In this document: positions 55,285 to 64,000 of the stretch, in pieces
How positions within the stretch are numbered: the stretch's first letter is position 1
How the letters are laid out: each line of letters opens with the position of its first letter
Assembly (NCBI GenBank): GCA_017475705.1
Contig: JAFVFB010000012.1
Location: forward strand, 60,525 to 124,524
Origin: Alphaproteobacteria bacterium
GTDB taxonomy: Bacteria; Pseudomonadota; Alphaproteobacteria; RF32; CAG-239
Length of the DNA stretch: 64,000 nt
Direction: 5' to 3'
Notes under the pieces: generated by a model
The model's input: the letters and a program-made list of their open reading frames with translations, nothing else
Told to the model about the DNA's origin: nothing
The model's database searches: none
Position numbers and translations under genes: made by a program

Positions 55285-56493
55285 CTACAAGTCCTCCTCA
55301 ATAGCCTCTTTGAGCAAGGCTAAACCAATCTGAGTATCATTTGCGATCTTAACAGATAAATTAGATGTTTGTAAGATATTTATCGCTTCTTCTTTATTTG
55401 TCCCCTCAAACCGCGCAACAAGAGGAATATTCAGACCAAGGTCGTTAGCCACACTAATAATTCCATCAGCAATAAGGTTACAGCGAGTAAATCCACCTAA
55501 AATATTGATAAAGATACCATCAACTTTCGGGTTGAGCATAATCAATTTAATACCGGCGGTAATTTTATCTCTGTCAACACCACCTTTAATATTTAAAAAA
55601 CACGCCGTACACAGGCCTTGTTTTTCAGCTTCGCTCATAGTATTGAAAGCCAAACCATTACCATTAGAAATTAAGCCGATTCCGTGGTCCAGTTATTTAT
55701 ATTGAAAGCCGTATTTAGCAGCAATGACTTCTCTTTCATCAATTCCTGCATTATCCGTTAGTTTTAGTATATCCTGATGTCGGTATAGTGCATTTTGGTC
55801 AAAAACAATTTTAGCATCTAAAGCCCAAATTTTTCCATATCTATCAATTCCAAAAGGGTTAATTTCAAGCATTGTTGCATCGTAGTGATAAAATATCTTA
55901 AGAGCTTTGTTAAGAAAACTTTTGAGTGAAAGATGATTACCTCTAAATCCCATAAAATCAATAACTTGAGATAGCTGATTTGCAGATATTTCTTTTTGCA
56001 AGCCCAAATTAAGTTTTAAGATATTTTCTGGGTGTTGTTGTGATAAAATAACAATATCATCATTAGTCCTACCATTAACTGCTGTTAGTAGCAACATAAC
56101 AGAAGCAGATATACGGTCGATAATAAATCCGAGATAATACTTTTTGACGACCTTGATATACTCTTCGACATAAACACGGCTAACAAGGCGTCCTTTTGCT
56201 CCAGTCTGGTTCGTAATAAGCATGTTTTCAAGCATTTTGTCAGCGTTTTCATAAACATCATTTAAAGTTTTAGAAAGCCGAATTCCGCCTTTTCTTCCAG
56301 CCCGTTTATCTAAAAATTTACCGATATTACGCGAACCGGCTAAAATTTGTGCTTTAACCATCCACGGTCCGGTAGATGAAATTTTTTGCGCAGCCTTTTG
56401 TGCCTCTAGAGGAGTATAGGCAACCAAACCTGTGGGGATAGGAATTCCAAAATCCTTAAATATTTTTTTTGCCTGATACTCATAAATATTCAT
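55285..56493 (-). pseudogene. sucC: succinyl-CoA ligase beta-subunit-like gene interrupted by one in-frame TAA
   Basis: Two ORFs (55693-56493 and 55285-55653) are in the same frame. They are separated only by a TAA at 55693-55695 (…YGFQYK*LDHGIGLISNGNG…, compare canonical NYVALDGNIGCMVNGAG). The glycine-rich loop is also altered (AGSRNIGK). Confidence 0.6.
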
Positions 56494-56494
56494 A

Positions 56495-56902
56495 CTAGTT
56501 TCCTATAGATTGAGCAGCATAATACTTAATTTTATCAACCATTGAAAGCATACCGCTGCGTCGATTAGGGGTAATATGTTCCCTTAATCCCATTTTATCA
56601 AAAATTTCTTCAACATCAACATCTAAAATTTCTTGTGCAGGTTTATCTTTAAATATAACTAAAACAATAGCAATAATACCTCGTACTATAATTGCATCAC
56701 TATCTCCTTCAAACCAAATACTGGTATTTTCGAAATGTGGCACAATCCAAACCTGAGATTGGCAACCAGGAACCCTCCATTCATCAGTTTTCTTTTCATC
56801 AGGCAGATGAGGCAACTGGTTACCTAATTCAATAAGATATTTATATCTATCTTCCCAAGAGTCGATAAAAGAAAAATTATCAATTAATTCATCAGCTGTC
56901 AT
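56495..56902 (-). CDS. sufE: cysteine desulfuration protein SufE
   Basis: 135 aa. SufE active-site region VPGCQSQVW. Confidence 0.8.
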   Translation of the reverse strand: MTADELIDNFSFIDSWEDRYKYLIELGNQLPHLPDEKKTDEWRVPGCQSQVWIVPHFENTSIWFEGDSDAIIVRGIIAIVLVIFKDKPAQEILDVDVEEIFDKMGLREHITPNRRSGMLSMVDKIKYYAAQSIGN

Positions 56903-56912
56903 AATCTAACCT

Positions 56913-57350
56913 CTAAATCATTTCAAGCATCATTCGAGCTTCATCACTCAAGCGTTCAATTGACCAAGCTGGCTCCCAAACTACTTCAACTTCAACTCTG
57001 CCCACTCCGTCAACAGCAGCGGCCGCATCAGCAACTTGTTGTGGTAGTATTCCTGCAACAGGACAACCTGGAGCTGTTAAAGACATATCTATGTGTAATT
57101 GCCCATCGTCTTGCTGATTTATTTTATAGATTAGTCCTAAATCATAGATATTTATAGGAATTTCCGGGTCAAAAACCGTTTTAAGTGCCTCAACAATATC
57201 ATACATTTTTGCGGGCTTTTCACCCTTTTTTAGATTTTTGCCAGCATGGGCTTTATATGAGGGTAGCTCACCAACATCATCTATACTCATAGCTGTCAGC
57301 AATTGAGCCTCATTTTCATCGATTTGAAATTGTTGTTCAGTATCAGTCAT
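56913..57350 (-). CDS. Fe-S assembly DUF59/SufT-family protein
   Basis: 145 aa. MIP18/DUF59 pattern (DIVEALKTVFDPEIPINIYDLGLIY...TAPGCP) with an acidic N-terminal extension. Confidence 0.7.
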   Translation of the reverse strand: MTDTEQQFQIDENEAQLLTAMSIDDVGELPSYKAHAGKNLKKGEKPAKMYDIVEALKTVFDPEIPINIYDLGLIYKINQQDDGQLHIDMSLTAPGCPVAGILPQQVADAAAAVDGVGRVEVEVVWEPAWSIERLSDEARMMLEMI

Positions 57351-57363
57351 CGTTTAATATCTT

Positions 57364-58590
57364 TTATCTAAAAAATTCTTTCGCTTTATACAATGCTTTA
57401 ACAAAAACATCAATATCTTCTTTAACAGAATATATACCAAGCGAGGCGCGTGTAAGGGAGGTATAACCCAGTTTACGCACTATCGGTTCAGCGCAAAAAT
57501 GCCCAGTTCGCACGGCAACACCTTCTTTTCCCAATACAAAGGCCAAGTCTTGAGGGTGAATATTTTTTACGGCAAAAGAAAATACCCCACCTTTATTTTG
57601 AGCCGTACCGACAATTTTAAGTTCAGGAATCTGAGCGAGTATTTGAGTAGTATAGTCAATTAAAGCTTGTTCATATTTTTCTATATCTTCAAAATCAAAC
57701 TGCATCAAATAGCGAAGAGCCTCTCCTAAGCCAATAGCTTGTACAATAGCAGGTGTTCCTGCCTCAAACTTAGCAGGAGGCAACGCAAATGATGTTTTAT
57801 CATAATAAACATGTTCAATCATATCGCCGCCAAATTGATAAGGGGGCATATCTTTAAGCAAATCATATTTAGCGTATAGTACACCGATACCTGTCGGCCC
57901 ATAAAGTTTATGACCGGAAAAGGCCAAAAAATCACAATCAAATTCTGTAACATCAATTTTTTTATGAACAGCAAATTGACAAGCATCAATAAGAACTTTT
58001 GCGCCAATAGCATGAGCCGCCTGGCAAATTTTTTTTACAGGGAAAATTGTTCCTAAAACATTAGACATAGCAGTAACAGCAACAATTTTAGTTTTGGAAT
58101 TAAGGGCATTAGCAAAATTTTCCCAATTAAAGCTACCGTCTTCATCTAAATCAAAATATTTTAAGGTAGCACCTGTTCTAAGGCACCACTGCTGCCAAGT
58201 GACAAGATTAGCATGATGCTCTGCAACAGAGAGCAACACTTCATCACCAGGTTTTAGGTTTTGCCAGCCAAATGTAGCTGCGACCAAGTTAATGCCCTCA
58301 GTAGCATTACGAGTAAAAATAACTTCATTTTTATTAGTTGCATGAATAAATTTTGCAACAATTTCCCGTGAACTTTCATAGTTTTCTGTGGCAAGTTCAG
58401 AAAGTCGATAGCTACCACGATGAACATTTGCATATTCATCTTTATAGGCTTTTTCGATTCGTTTCAATACAGTCAAAGGTTTTTGCGCTGATGCTGCCGT
58501 ATCCAAATAGGTATTACGTTTACCATCAATCAATTGCCCCAAACTAGGGAAGTCTTTTCTAATTTCATAAGCATCAAACATTTTAAACAC
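57364..58590 (-). CDS. sufS: cysteine desulfurase SufS
   Basis: 408 aa. PLP lysine motif SGHKLYGPTGIGVLY and class II aminotransferase V features. Confidence 0.9.
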   Translation of the reverse strand: MFKMFDAYEIRKDFPSLGQLIDGKRNTYLDTAASAQKPLTVLKRIEKAYKDEYANVHRGSYRLSELATENYESSREIVAKFIHATNKNEVIFTRNATEGINLVAATFGWQNLKPGDEVLLSVAEHHANLVTWQQWCLRTGATLKYFDLDEDGSFNWENFANALNSKTKIVAVTAMSNVLGTIFPVKKICQAAHAIGAKVLIDACQFAVHKKIDVTEFDCDFLAFSGHKLYGPTGIGVLYAKYDLLKDMPPYQFGGDMIEHVYYDKTSFALPPAKFEAGTPAIVQAIGLGEALRYLMQFDFEDIEKYEQALIDYTTQILAQIPELKIVGTAQNKGGVFSFAVKNIHPQDLAFVLGKEGVAVRTGHFCAEPIVRKLGYTSLTRASLGIYSVKEDIDVFVKALYKAKEFFR

Positions 58591-58661
58591 CTCAAATTGG
58601 AGATAAGATAAAACCTCTCACAGATTTTTTCAACATTTAAAAATATTCTCTTTGAGTTTAT

Positions 58662-58690
58662 AAAAAAAAGTCGCACGAAGCGACTCTTTT
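58662..58690 (-). terminator. intrinsic terminator after fabZ
   Basis: AGTCGC-ACGAA-GCGACT hairpin with A8 on the plus strand, which is a U-run for the minus-strand transcript. Confidence 0.5.
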
Positions 58691-58707
58691 AATACAAATC
58701 AAAGGTC

Positions 58708-59160
58708 TTAATCAATAATCATGGCCGTAAATTCTGCTTCAGAAACAACATGGTCATCAACCATTGCCACTCCTCTAAACACGAAGATATTGCGTCTAGC
58801 TTTTACCTTTTCAACGTGCATCCGCAGCTGATCACCAGGTTTTACCTGTTTTCTAAACTTAACCCCATCGATTCCCATAAATAAAACGTTACGTTTTGCA
58901 TTTGCATAATCAGGATTTTGAGAGATAACAACAGCACCAGCAGTTTGTGCCATAGCCTCAATTTGCAATACACCAGGCATAACGGGGTTATTCGGAAAAT
59001 GTCCTTGGAAAAATTCCTCATTCATCGTTACATTTTTAATACCAACCCCTTTTTCACCGGGAACCTCTACCTCTAATCTGTCTACTAACAAAAAAGGATA
59101 GCGATGAGGCAACATTTTCATTATTTCTTCAATAGTGTAAACTTTAACTTCTTCCGACAT
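58708..59160 (-). CDS. fabZ: 3-hydroxyacyl-ACP dehydratase FabZ
   Basis: 150 aa with a hotdog fold. Motifs LPHRYPFLLVDR and HFPNNPVMPGVL. Confidence 0.9.
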   Translation of the reverse strand: MSEEVKVYTIEEIMKMLPHRYPFLLVDRLEVEVPGEKGVGIKNVTMNEEFFQGHFPNNPVMPGVLQIEAMAQTAGAVVISQNPDYANAKRNVLFMGIDGVKFRKQVKPGDQLRMHVEKVKARRNIFVFRGVAMVDDHVVSEAEFTAMIID

Positions 59161-59176
59161 ACCAAACTCCTATAAA

Positions 59177-60196
59177 CTATTTTTTACTATTTTTCTGCAA
59201 AAAGGCAACCTGCCGCATAAAATCTTTAAATGGGACTGTTGGTGTACCCATAACAATTGCACCGGCATCAATATCCCTCATCACACCAGATTGGGCACCA
59301 ATCTGCACCCCACTACCAATATTTAAGTGGTCAGCCAATCCAACCTGTCCGCCACAAACCACATAATCACCGAGCGTACAGCTACCGGCAATACCTGTTT
59401 GAGAAACTAAAATACAGCAACGTCCAATTTTATTATTATGAGCAACTTGAACCAGATTATCAATACGCGTACCATCACCGATAATTGTATCGTCTAATGC
59501 TCCACGGTCAATACATGTATTAGCACCAACCTCAACATCATTGCCAATAATAACCCTGCCAATTTGAGGAATACGCTTGTGTCTCCCATCTACAACAGAG
59601 AAACCAAATCCATCCTGACCGATTCTGGCACCGGTATAGACGTAACAATCATTGCCCATCAAGCAATAAGCAATACTGGCATTATTGGCTATACGACAAT
59701 TGTTTCCAATCTGACAGCCACGAGAAATAACCACATTGGCCTCTATAACGCAATTATCGCCAATAACAACCTCTTCTTCAATAACGACATTGTGACCGAT
59801 ATAACAGTCTTTACCTACTTTTGCAGATGCTGCTATATGCGCGCTAGCCTCAATTTTCGACTTTGGCCGATACTCTTGATAAAAAGCGTCAACCAAATTA
59901 ATAAAGGCAAGCTTGGGATTTTCGCAAACAAGTATAATCACACCGTCCGGTACAATATGCTGCAATTCTTTTGTAGTTATGCAGGCTTTCGCCTTAATTT
60001 TTTCAGCCAACGCCTTATTCTTTTTATCATAAAAGAAACAGATATCTGTTGCACCGGCCGTTTCAATAGAGCAGACATTTTCAATCTGCTCTTTTTCTTT
60101 ACCGGAAGTGATAATTTCTGCATGAGCAATTTCTGCAATCTCTGCAATCGTTTTTGCTGGAGCTTGTTTATAGAAAACTGTATCAGCCATAATCAC
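59177..60196 (-). CDS. lpxD: UDP-3-O-acylglucosamine N-acyltransferase
   Basis: 339 aa. Left-handed beta-helix hexapeptide repeats. bamA-lpxD-fabZ synteny. Confidence 0.9.
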   Translation of the reverse strand: MIMADTVFYKQAPAKTIAEIAEIAHAEIITSGKEKEQIENVCSIETAGATDICFFYDKKNKALAEKIKAKACITTKELQHIVPDGVIILVCENPKLAFINLVDAFYQEYRPKSKIEASAHIAASAKVGKDCYIGHNVVIEEEVVIGDNCVIEANVVISRGCQIGNNCRIANNASIAYCLMGNDCYVYTGARIGQDGFGFSVVDGRHKRIPQIGRVIIGNDVEVGANTCIDRGALDDTIIGDGTRIDNLVQVAHNNKIGRCCILVSQTGIAGSCTLGDYVVCGGQVGLADHLNIGSGVQIGAQSGVMRDIDAGAIVMGTPTVPFKDFMRQVAFLQKNSKK

Positions 60197-60204
60197 CTCT
60201 CACA

Positions 60205-62463
60205 CTACAAACTTGTGCCAAAGTTCAAACGAAATACCTCTGTTTCGTCATATTTTTCTTTAACAATTGGGAACCCAAAGTCGATATCAATTTTGCCCAT
60301 TGGTGAAGTCCACTCAAAACCAAAACCAACAGCGACACGAGGTTTAGAACTATAATCTATATCATTGTTATCAACCTTATCTGGTTTACCTGTTGTACCA
60401 ATATCAACAAAGGTTCTTCCACGGATACCAAGTTCGTCCAATCCCAGAGGGAATGCCAATTCAGCACCACCCCAAACCATCCAGTTGCCGCCGAGGGCAT
60501 CATTGGTATATTTATCACGGGCACTGATGCCGCCAGATTCAAATCCGCGCATTGTGTTTCCACCTAAGAAATATCTTTGGGCTAAGCGTGCATCTCTATC
60601 ACCATAACCTGTAACATAACCCCCATTAACATAAAATTTGAAGGTATAATAATCAGATAGAGTATAGAAAGTGTAAGCTTTAGCGTCAAATTTCAAATAT
60701 TTATCATCACCGCCTAAGCCGGAAATATCATTACCAAAAGACAGATAATATCCCTCACGTGGTTTCATCGTGTTATCACGTTTATCATAAACAATTGTTT
60801 GGCCGACAACAGAGTCAGTAGATTTCCCTTGTTCTCTTTGGATATATTTAGAAGCAGAGCTAACATTCTTAATTTTATCTTGCTTCAATGTATAGCGGAT
60901 ATAATGACTCAAATCATCTGTATAATTCCATCCAAACCGAACACGTCCACCATAAGTATCCATATCATAGTTACTTTCATCTTGGTAGTCTTCTGTTTGG
61001 TAGAAGAGGTCAAAACCAGCACTCAATCTTCTATTTAAGAAATAAGGCTCTGTGAAACTAAAGTTATAATCTGTCGTTCTTTGGGATTTCCCTGCACTTA
61101 AGCTAACTTGTTGCCCTTTTCCTAAGAAGTTATTTTCAGTAATGCCAGCCCTAATCAAAGCGCCATTAACAGTAGAATATCCAACACCAACATTAAAGTA
61201 ACCTGTAGATTTTTCTTCAACATTAACATTAATGTCTGCTTTGTCGTAGTCAACGCGTTCAGAGTCAATATCAACTTTACTAAAATAATTCAGCCGTTCA
61301 ACATTCCTTCTGGATTCTCTAATTTTGGAAGCATTAAATACACTGCCTTCAGAAATACGGAATTCTCTTCTGATTACTTCATCTAAAGTTCTCGTATTGC
61401 CGGTAATATTAATTCGATTAACATAAACTTTTGCATTTTCTTTAATATCAAAAATAGCAATTAACTTCCCTGTTTCTCTATCCTTTTGGATATTAGGAAC
61501 AACCTCAACAAAGACAAAACCCTTCTTAGAAAGTTCTTCTGTTAACTCATTAACTGTTTTTTCAACTTCATCAGAATTATACCAGTCACCTGTCTTAAAG
61601 GTAACATATTTATACCACTGGTCAACATCAACATCAGGCACAGAGGAACGAATTTGGATATCATCAACTTTGTAGCGGCGTCCTTCGTCAATAGTAAATG
61701 TCAAAACAAAAGAGGTCTTGTCTCTGGAAAGTTCTGCAATGGCAGATACAACAGCAAAATCAGCATATCCATGCCGGTTATAAAAACGACGGAGCAACTC
61801 TTGATCATAGTTCATTTTTTCGCGGTCAAAGTTTTCAGCACTTGAAAATAGTCGATACCAACGGCTCTCTTTGCTCATTATTTCGCCTTGCAAATCACTA
61901 CTGGTATAGTGCTTATTACCAATAAAGTTAATCGTATCAATTTTAGCTTCCGGACCTTCCTCAATTTCAAAGATTAAGTCCACGCGGTTTTCAGACTTCT
62001 TGATAATTTTTGGTTCAACCGAAACACCATAACGTCCGGCTCTTTTATAAACATCAAGGATTCTCTGGACATCTTGCTGCACTTTTGCTTTGCTAAAAAC
62101 AGAACGCGGCGCAGATTGTACTTCTGCCTCTAAAATTTTATCGTCAATCTTATCATTGCCATCAAAAGCACGTACACCAATCACCGGATTCTCTGTCACA
62201 TTAATAACAAGCTCAGAACCCTTCGTATCAAAATTAATATCACTAAACAGCCCTGTGTCATAAAGTCTCTTAAGAGCTGCATTCAGGTCTTCAGAAGAAA
62301 CCGGTTTGTTTGTATCGATTCCCGCATAAGAAAGAGCAGTTTCTCTTTCCACACGTTGTAAACCTTGAATATTTATATTTTTAATAGTCTCTTGGGCTAA
62401 TGCCTGTGAGCAGATAGCCAAACTTAATAACGAAATTCCCGCGAATTTAAACTTCATTTTCAT
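60205..62463 (-). CDS. bamA: outer membrane protein assembly factor BamA
   Basis: 752 aa. Signal peptide, POTRA repeats and a C-terminal Omp85 barrel ending in ...RLNFGTSL. Confidence 0.9.
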   Translation of the reverse strand: MKMKFKFAGISLLSLAICSQALAQETIKNINIQGLQRVERETALSYAGIDTNKPVSSEDLNAALKRLYDTGLFSDINFDTKGSELVINVTENPVIGVRAFDGNDKIDDKILEAEVQSAPRSVFSKAKVQQDVQRILDVYKRAGRYGVSVEPKIIKKSENRVDLIFEIEEGPEAKIDTINFIGNKHYTSSDLQGEIMSKESRWYRLFSSAENFDREKMNYDQELLRRFYNRHGYADFAVVSAIAELSRDKTSFVLTFTIDEGRRYKVDDIQIRSSVPDVDVDQWYKYVTFKTGDWYNSDEVEKTVNELTEELSKKGFVFVEVVPNIQKDRETGKLIAIFDIKENAKVYVNRINITGNTRTLDEVIRREFRISEGSVFNASKIRESRRNVERLNYFSKVDIDSERVDYDKADINVNVEEKSTGYFNVGVGYSTVNGALIRAGITENNFLGKGQQVSLSAGKSQRTTDYNFSFTEPYFLNRRLSAGFDLFYQTEDYQDESNYDMDTYGGRVRFGWNYTDDLSHYIRYTLKQDKIKNVSSASKYIQREQGKSTDSVVGQTIVYDKRDNTMKPREGYYLSFGNDISGLGGDDKYLKFDAKAYTFYTLSDYYTFKFYVNGGYVTGYGDRDARLAQRYFLGGNTMRGFESGGISARDKYTNDALGGNWMVWGGAELAFPLGLDELGIRGRTFVDIGTTGKPDKVDNNDIDYSSKPRVAVGFGFEWTSPMGKIDIDFGFPIVKEKYDETEVFRLNFGTSL

Positions 62464-62474
62464 ATCCTTATAAG

Positions 62475-63611
62475 CTATTCAAACCATCTTGTAAATAAAT
62501 GCTTTATGTCATTCCAAGTAGCAAAAATCATTAAAAACAAGATGAAACCAAAACCGAGCTTAAACAAATAATCCTTAAACTTTGCATTAAGCTCACGTTT
62601 TGAAATTATTTCTAACAGATAAATTATTACATGTCCACCATCTAATAAGGGGATTGGGAATAAGTTTATCAAACCCAAGTTAACAGAGAGCAAAGCCATA
62701 AAAGAGAGGAAATTCCAAAAATCTCTATTTTTAGAAATATCCCCTGACATTTCTGCAATGCGAATAATACCGCCGACATCCTCTCCAGAGCGTTCGCCAA
62801 CCAACATCTGTCCAACACCGCGTAAAGTAATGTCTGTCAAATTATAGACTTCTTCAGCTGCTTTAATGAGGGATGGTATAAAGTGAAAATTATCCTTAAC
62901 AATATGAAATTGTTTAGCTTCACCTTTAATTCCAATCATGCGCCGTTTAATAGGCTTTTCATTTTCATCAAAAGCATACTCAATTTCTTCTAACGGTATT
63001 GTTAAAATTTGTGTTGTGCCATTTCTTTCAATTTTGATTTTTACATCATTAATAGAAACGCTAACTTCTTAGGTGATGTCATTCCAATCTTTTATCTCTT
63101 TGCCATTAATTTCAAGAATCTTATCATTCTCTATAACGCCAGCTCTTGCTGCCGGACTGCCTTCAATAACACCAGAAACAACCGGCGGTATATCATAACT
63201 TCCCAAAAAGAAAAATAAACCGAAAAAGACAACAAATGCAAATAAATAGTTAAACAAAGGCCCCGCCACCGCAATGGCAAGTTTTTTATAGGGGGTTTGC
63301 GTAGAAAATAGATGTTTCTTTTCTTCTTCAGAATACTTGCTTAGATCAACTTCTGCAGTAGAGGAAGACTCATCTGCATCACCTAAAAACTGGCAATATC
63401 CCCCCAGCGGAATAGCAGAAATTTTCCAAACGGTTCCTTTCTTATCAGTCGTGCTCCACAAGGTCTTTCCAAATCCTATAGAAAAAGCACTCACTGCAAC
63501 ACCAAGTTTTCGAGCCACAATAAAATGTCCAAACTCATGCACAAAAACAAGTATTCCTAACAAAATAAGAAAGGGAATAACATAATAAACAATATTGAAT
63601 AACCATTCCAT
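62475..63611 (-). pseudogene. rseP: RIP zinc metalloprotease RseP homolog interrupted by one in-frame TAA
   Basis: ORFs 63069-63611 (HEFGHF zinc motif) and 62475-62939 (LDGG motif) are in the same frame. The 44 intervening codons stay open apart from a TAA at 63069-63071. Confidence 0.6.
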
Positions 63612-63637
63612 AACTTTATCTTCCTTTTTTAATATTA

Positions 63638-64000
63638 TTATTCAAATGAAACCAAAGTGAAGTAACAGTAAGCAATTGGTGCGGCAAATATAAGCCCGTC
63701 AATTCGATCAAAAACACCGCCATGTCCAGGAATAATTGAACTGCTGTCTTTAATTTGTAAAAATCTCTTGATGGCAGATTCAATCAAGTCGCCAACTTGT
63801 GCAACCAAAGCAATAATGGCTCCGAGTTGCGCAAATCTTATCTGTTCACGCAAAGGTAATGGCAAGCTATAGATGTTCTTTACCAGATACATATAAATAA
63901 AGCTGACAGCAATAGCTAGTATAACACCGCCAATAAGACCTGACCAAGTTTTGTTTGGGCTAATTTTGGGGGCTAATTTGGGCCCATGTAGAGAGGTGCC
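63638..64000 (-). CDS. cdsA: phosphatidate cytidylyltransferase (C-terminal part; gene continues beyond window end)
   Basis: CdsA C-terminal signature ...IPGHGGVFDRIDGLIFAAP... and cdsA-rseP-bamA synteny. The 5' end lies outside the window. Confidence 0.75.
   Translation of the reverse strand, partial: GTSLHGPKLAPKISPNKTWSGLIGGVILAIAVSFIYMYLVKNIYSLPLPLREQIRFAQLGAIIALVAQVGDLIESAIKRFLQIKDSSSIIPGHGGVFDRIDGLIFAAPIAYCYFTLVSFE

Noticed and set aside
62499-63085. Repeated 12-mer atgtcattccaa at ~62505 and ~63073
   Set aside because: Only two copies, both inside or next to coding sequence, with no flanking structure. Consistent with chance in an AT-rich sequence.

Overview
This is a ~64 kb chromosomal window from an AT-rich alphaproteobacterium (by eye roughly one third GC, not computed). 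Rhizobiales-type synteny is visible: an Omp25/Omp31-family outer-membrane protein, rpoH-rluD, lpxC-bamD-recN, and cdsA-rseP-bamA-lpxD-fabZ. Most of the window is housekeeping: tolQRA, glmM, rnpB (RNase P RNA), lpxC, bamD, recN, tgt, an RND efflux operon downstream of rpoH, ligA, infC, class II fructose-bisphosphate aldolase, tRNA-Ser(GCU), glgP, tolC, comF, a sufS-sufT-sufE operon, fabZ, lpxD and bamA.

Three regions look accessory or lineage-specific:
1. A six-gene co-directional cluster (30.2-38.4 kb) lies between rluD and ligA. It is anchored by an orphan VirD4/TraG-family type IV coupling protein (T4CP). It also contains tandem paralogs sharing a two-transmembrane N-terminal module, a degenerate J-like domain protein, an acidic disordered protein and two perfect promoter palindromes. 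This is the best candidate for an undescribed system.
2. A 1489-aa five-module glycosyltransferase (two GT2 modules, GT8, TupA-like ATP-grasp, unknown C-terminal domain) sits between infC and fba. Its first GT2 module has GC-rich codon usage unlike the rest of the gene.
3. A GT-C-like membrane protein plus a GtrB/ArnC-like GT2 are translationally coupled to recN.

There are also signs of reductive evolution. sucC and rseP are each interrupted by a single in-frame TAA. The sucCD pair is a degenerate paralog: SucD lacks the phospho-histidine and the SucC glycine loop is altered. A ParA/MinD-like protein has a destroyed P-loop. No transposases, prophage genes, CRISPR arrays or rRNA were seen.
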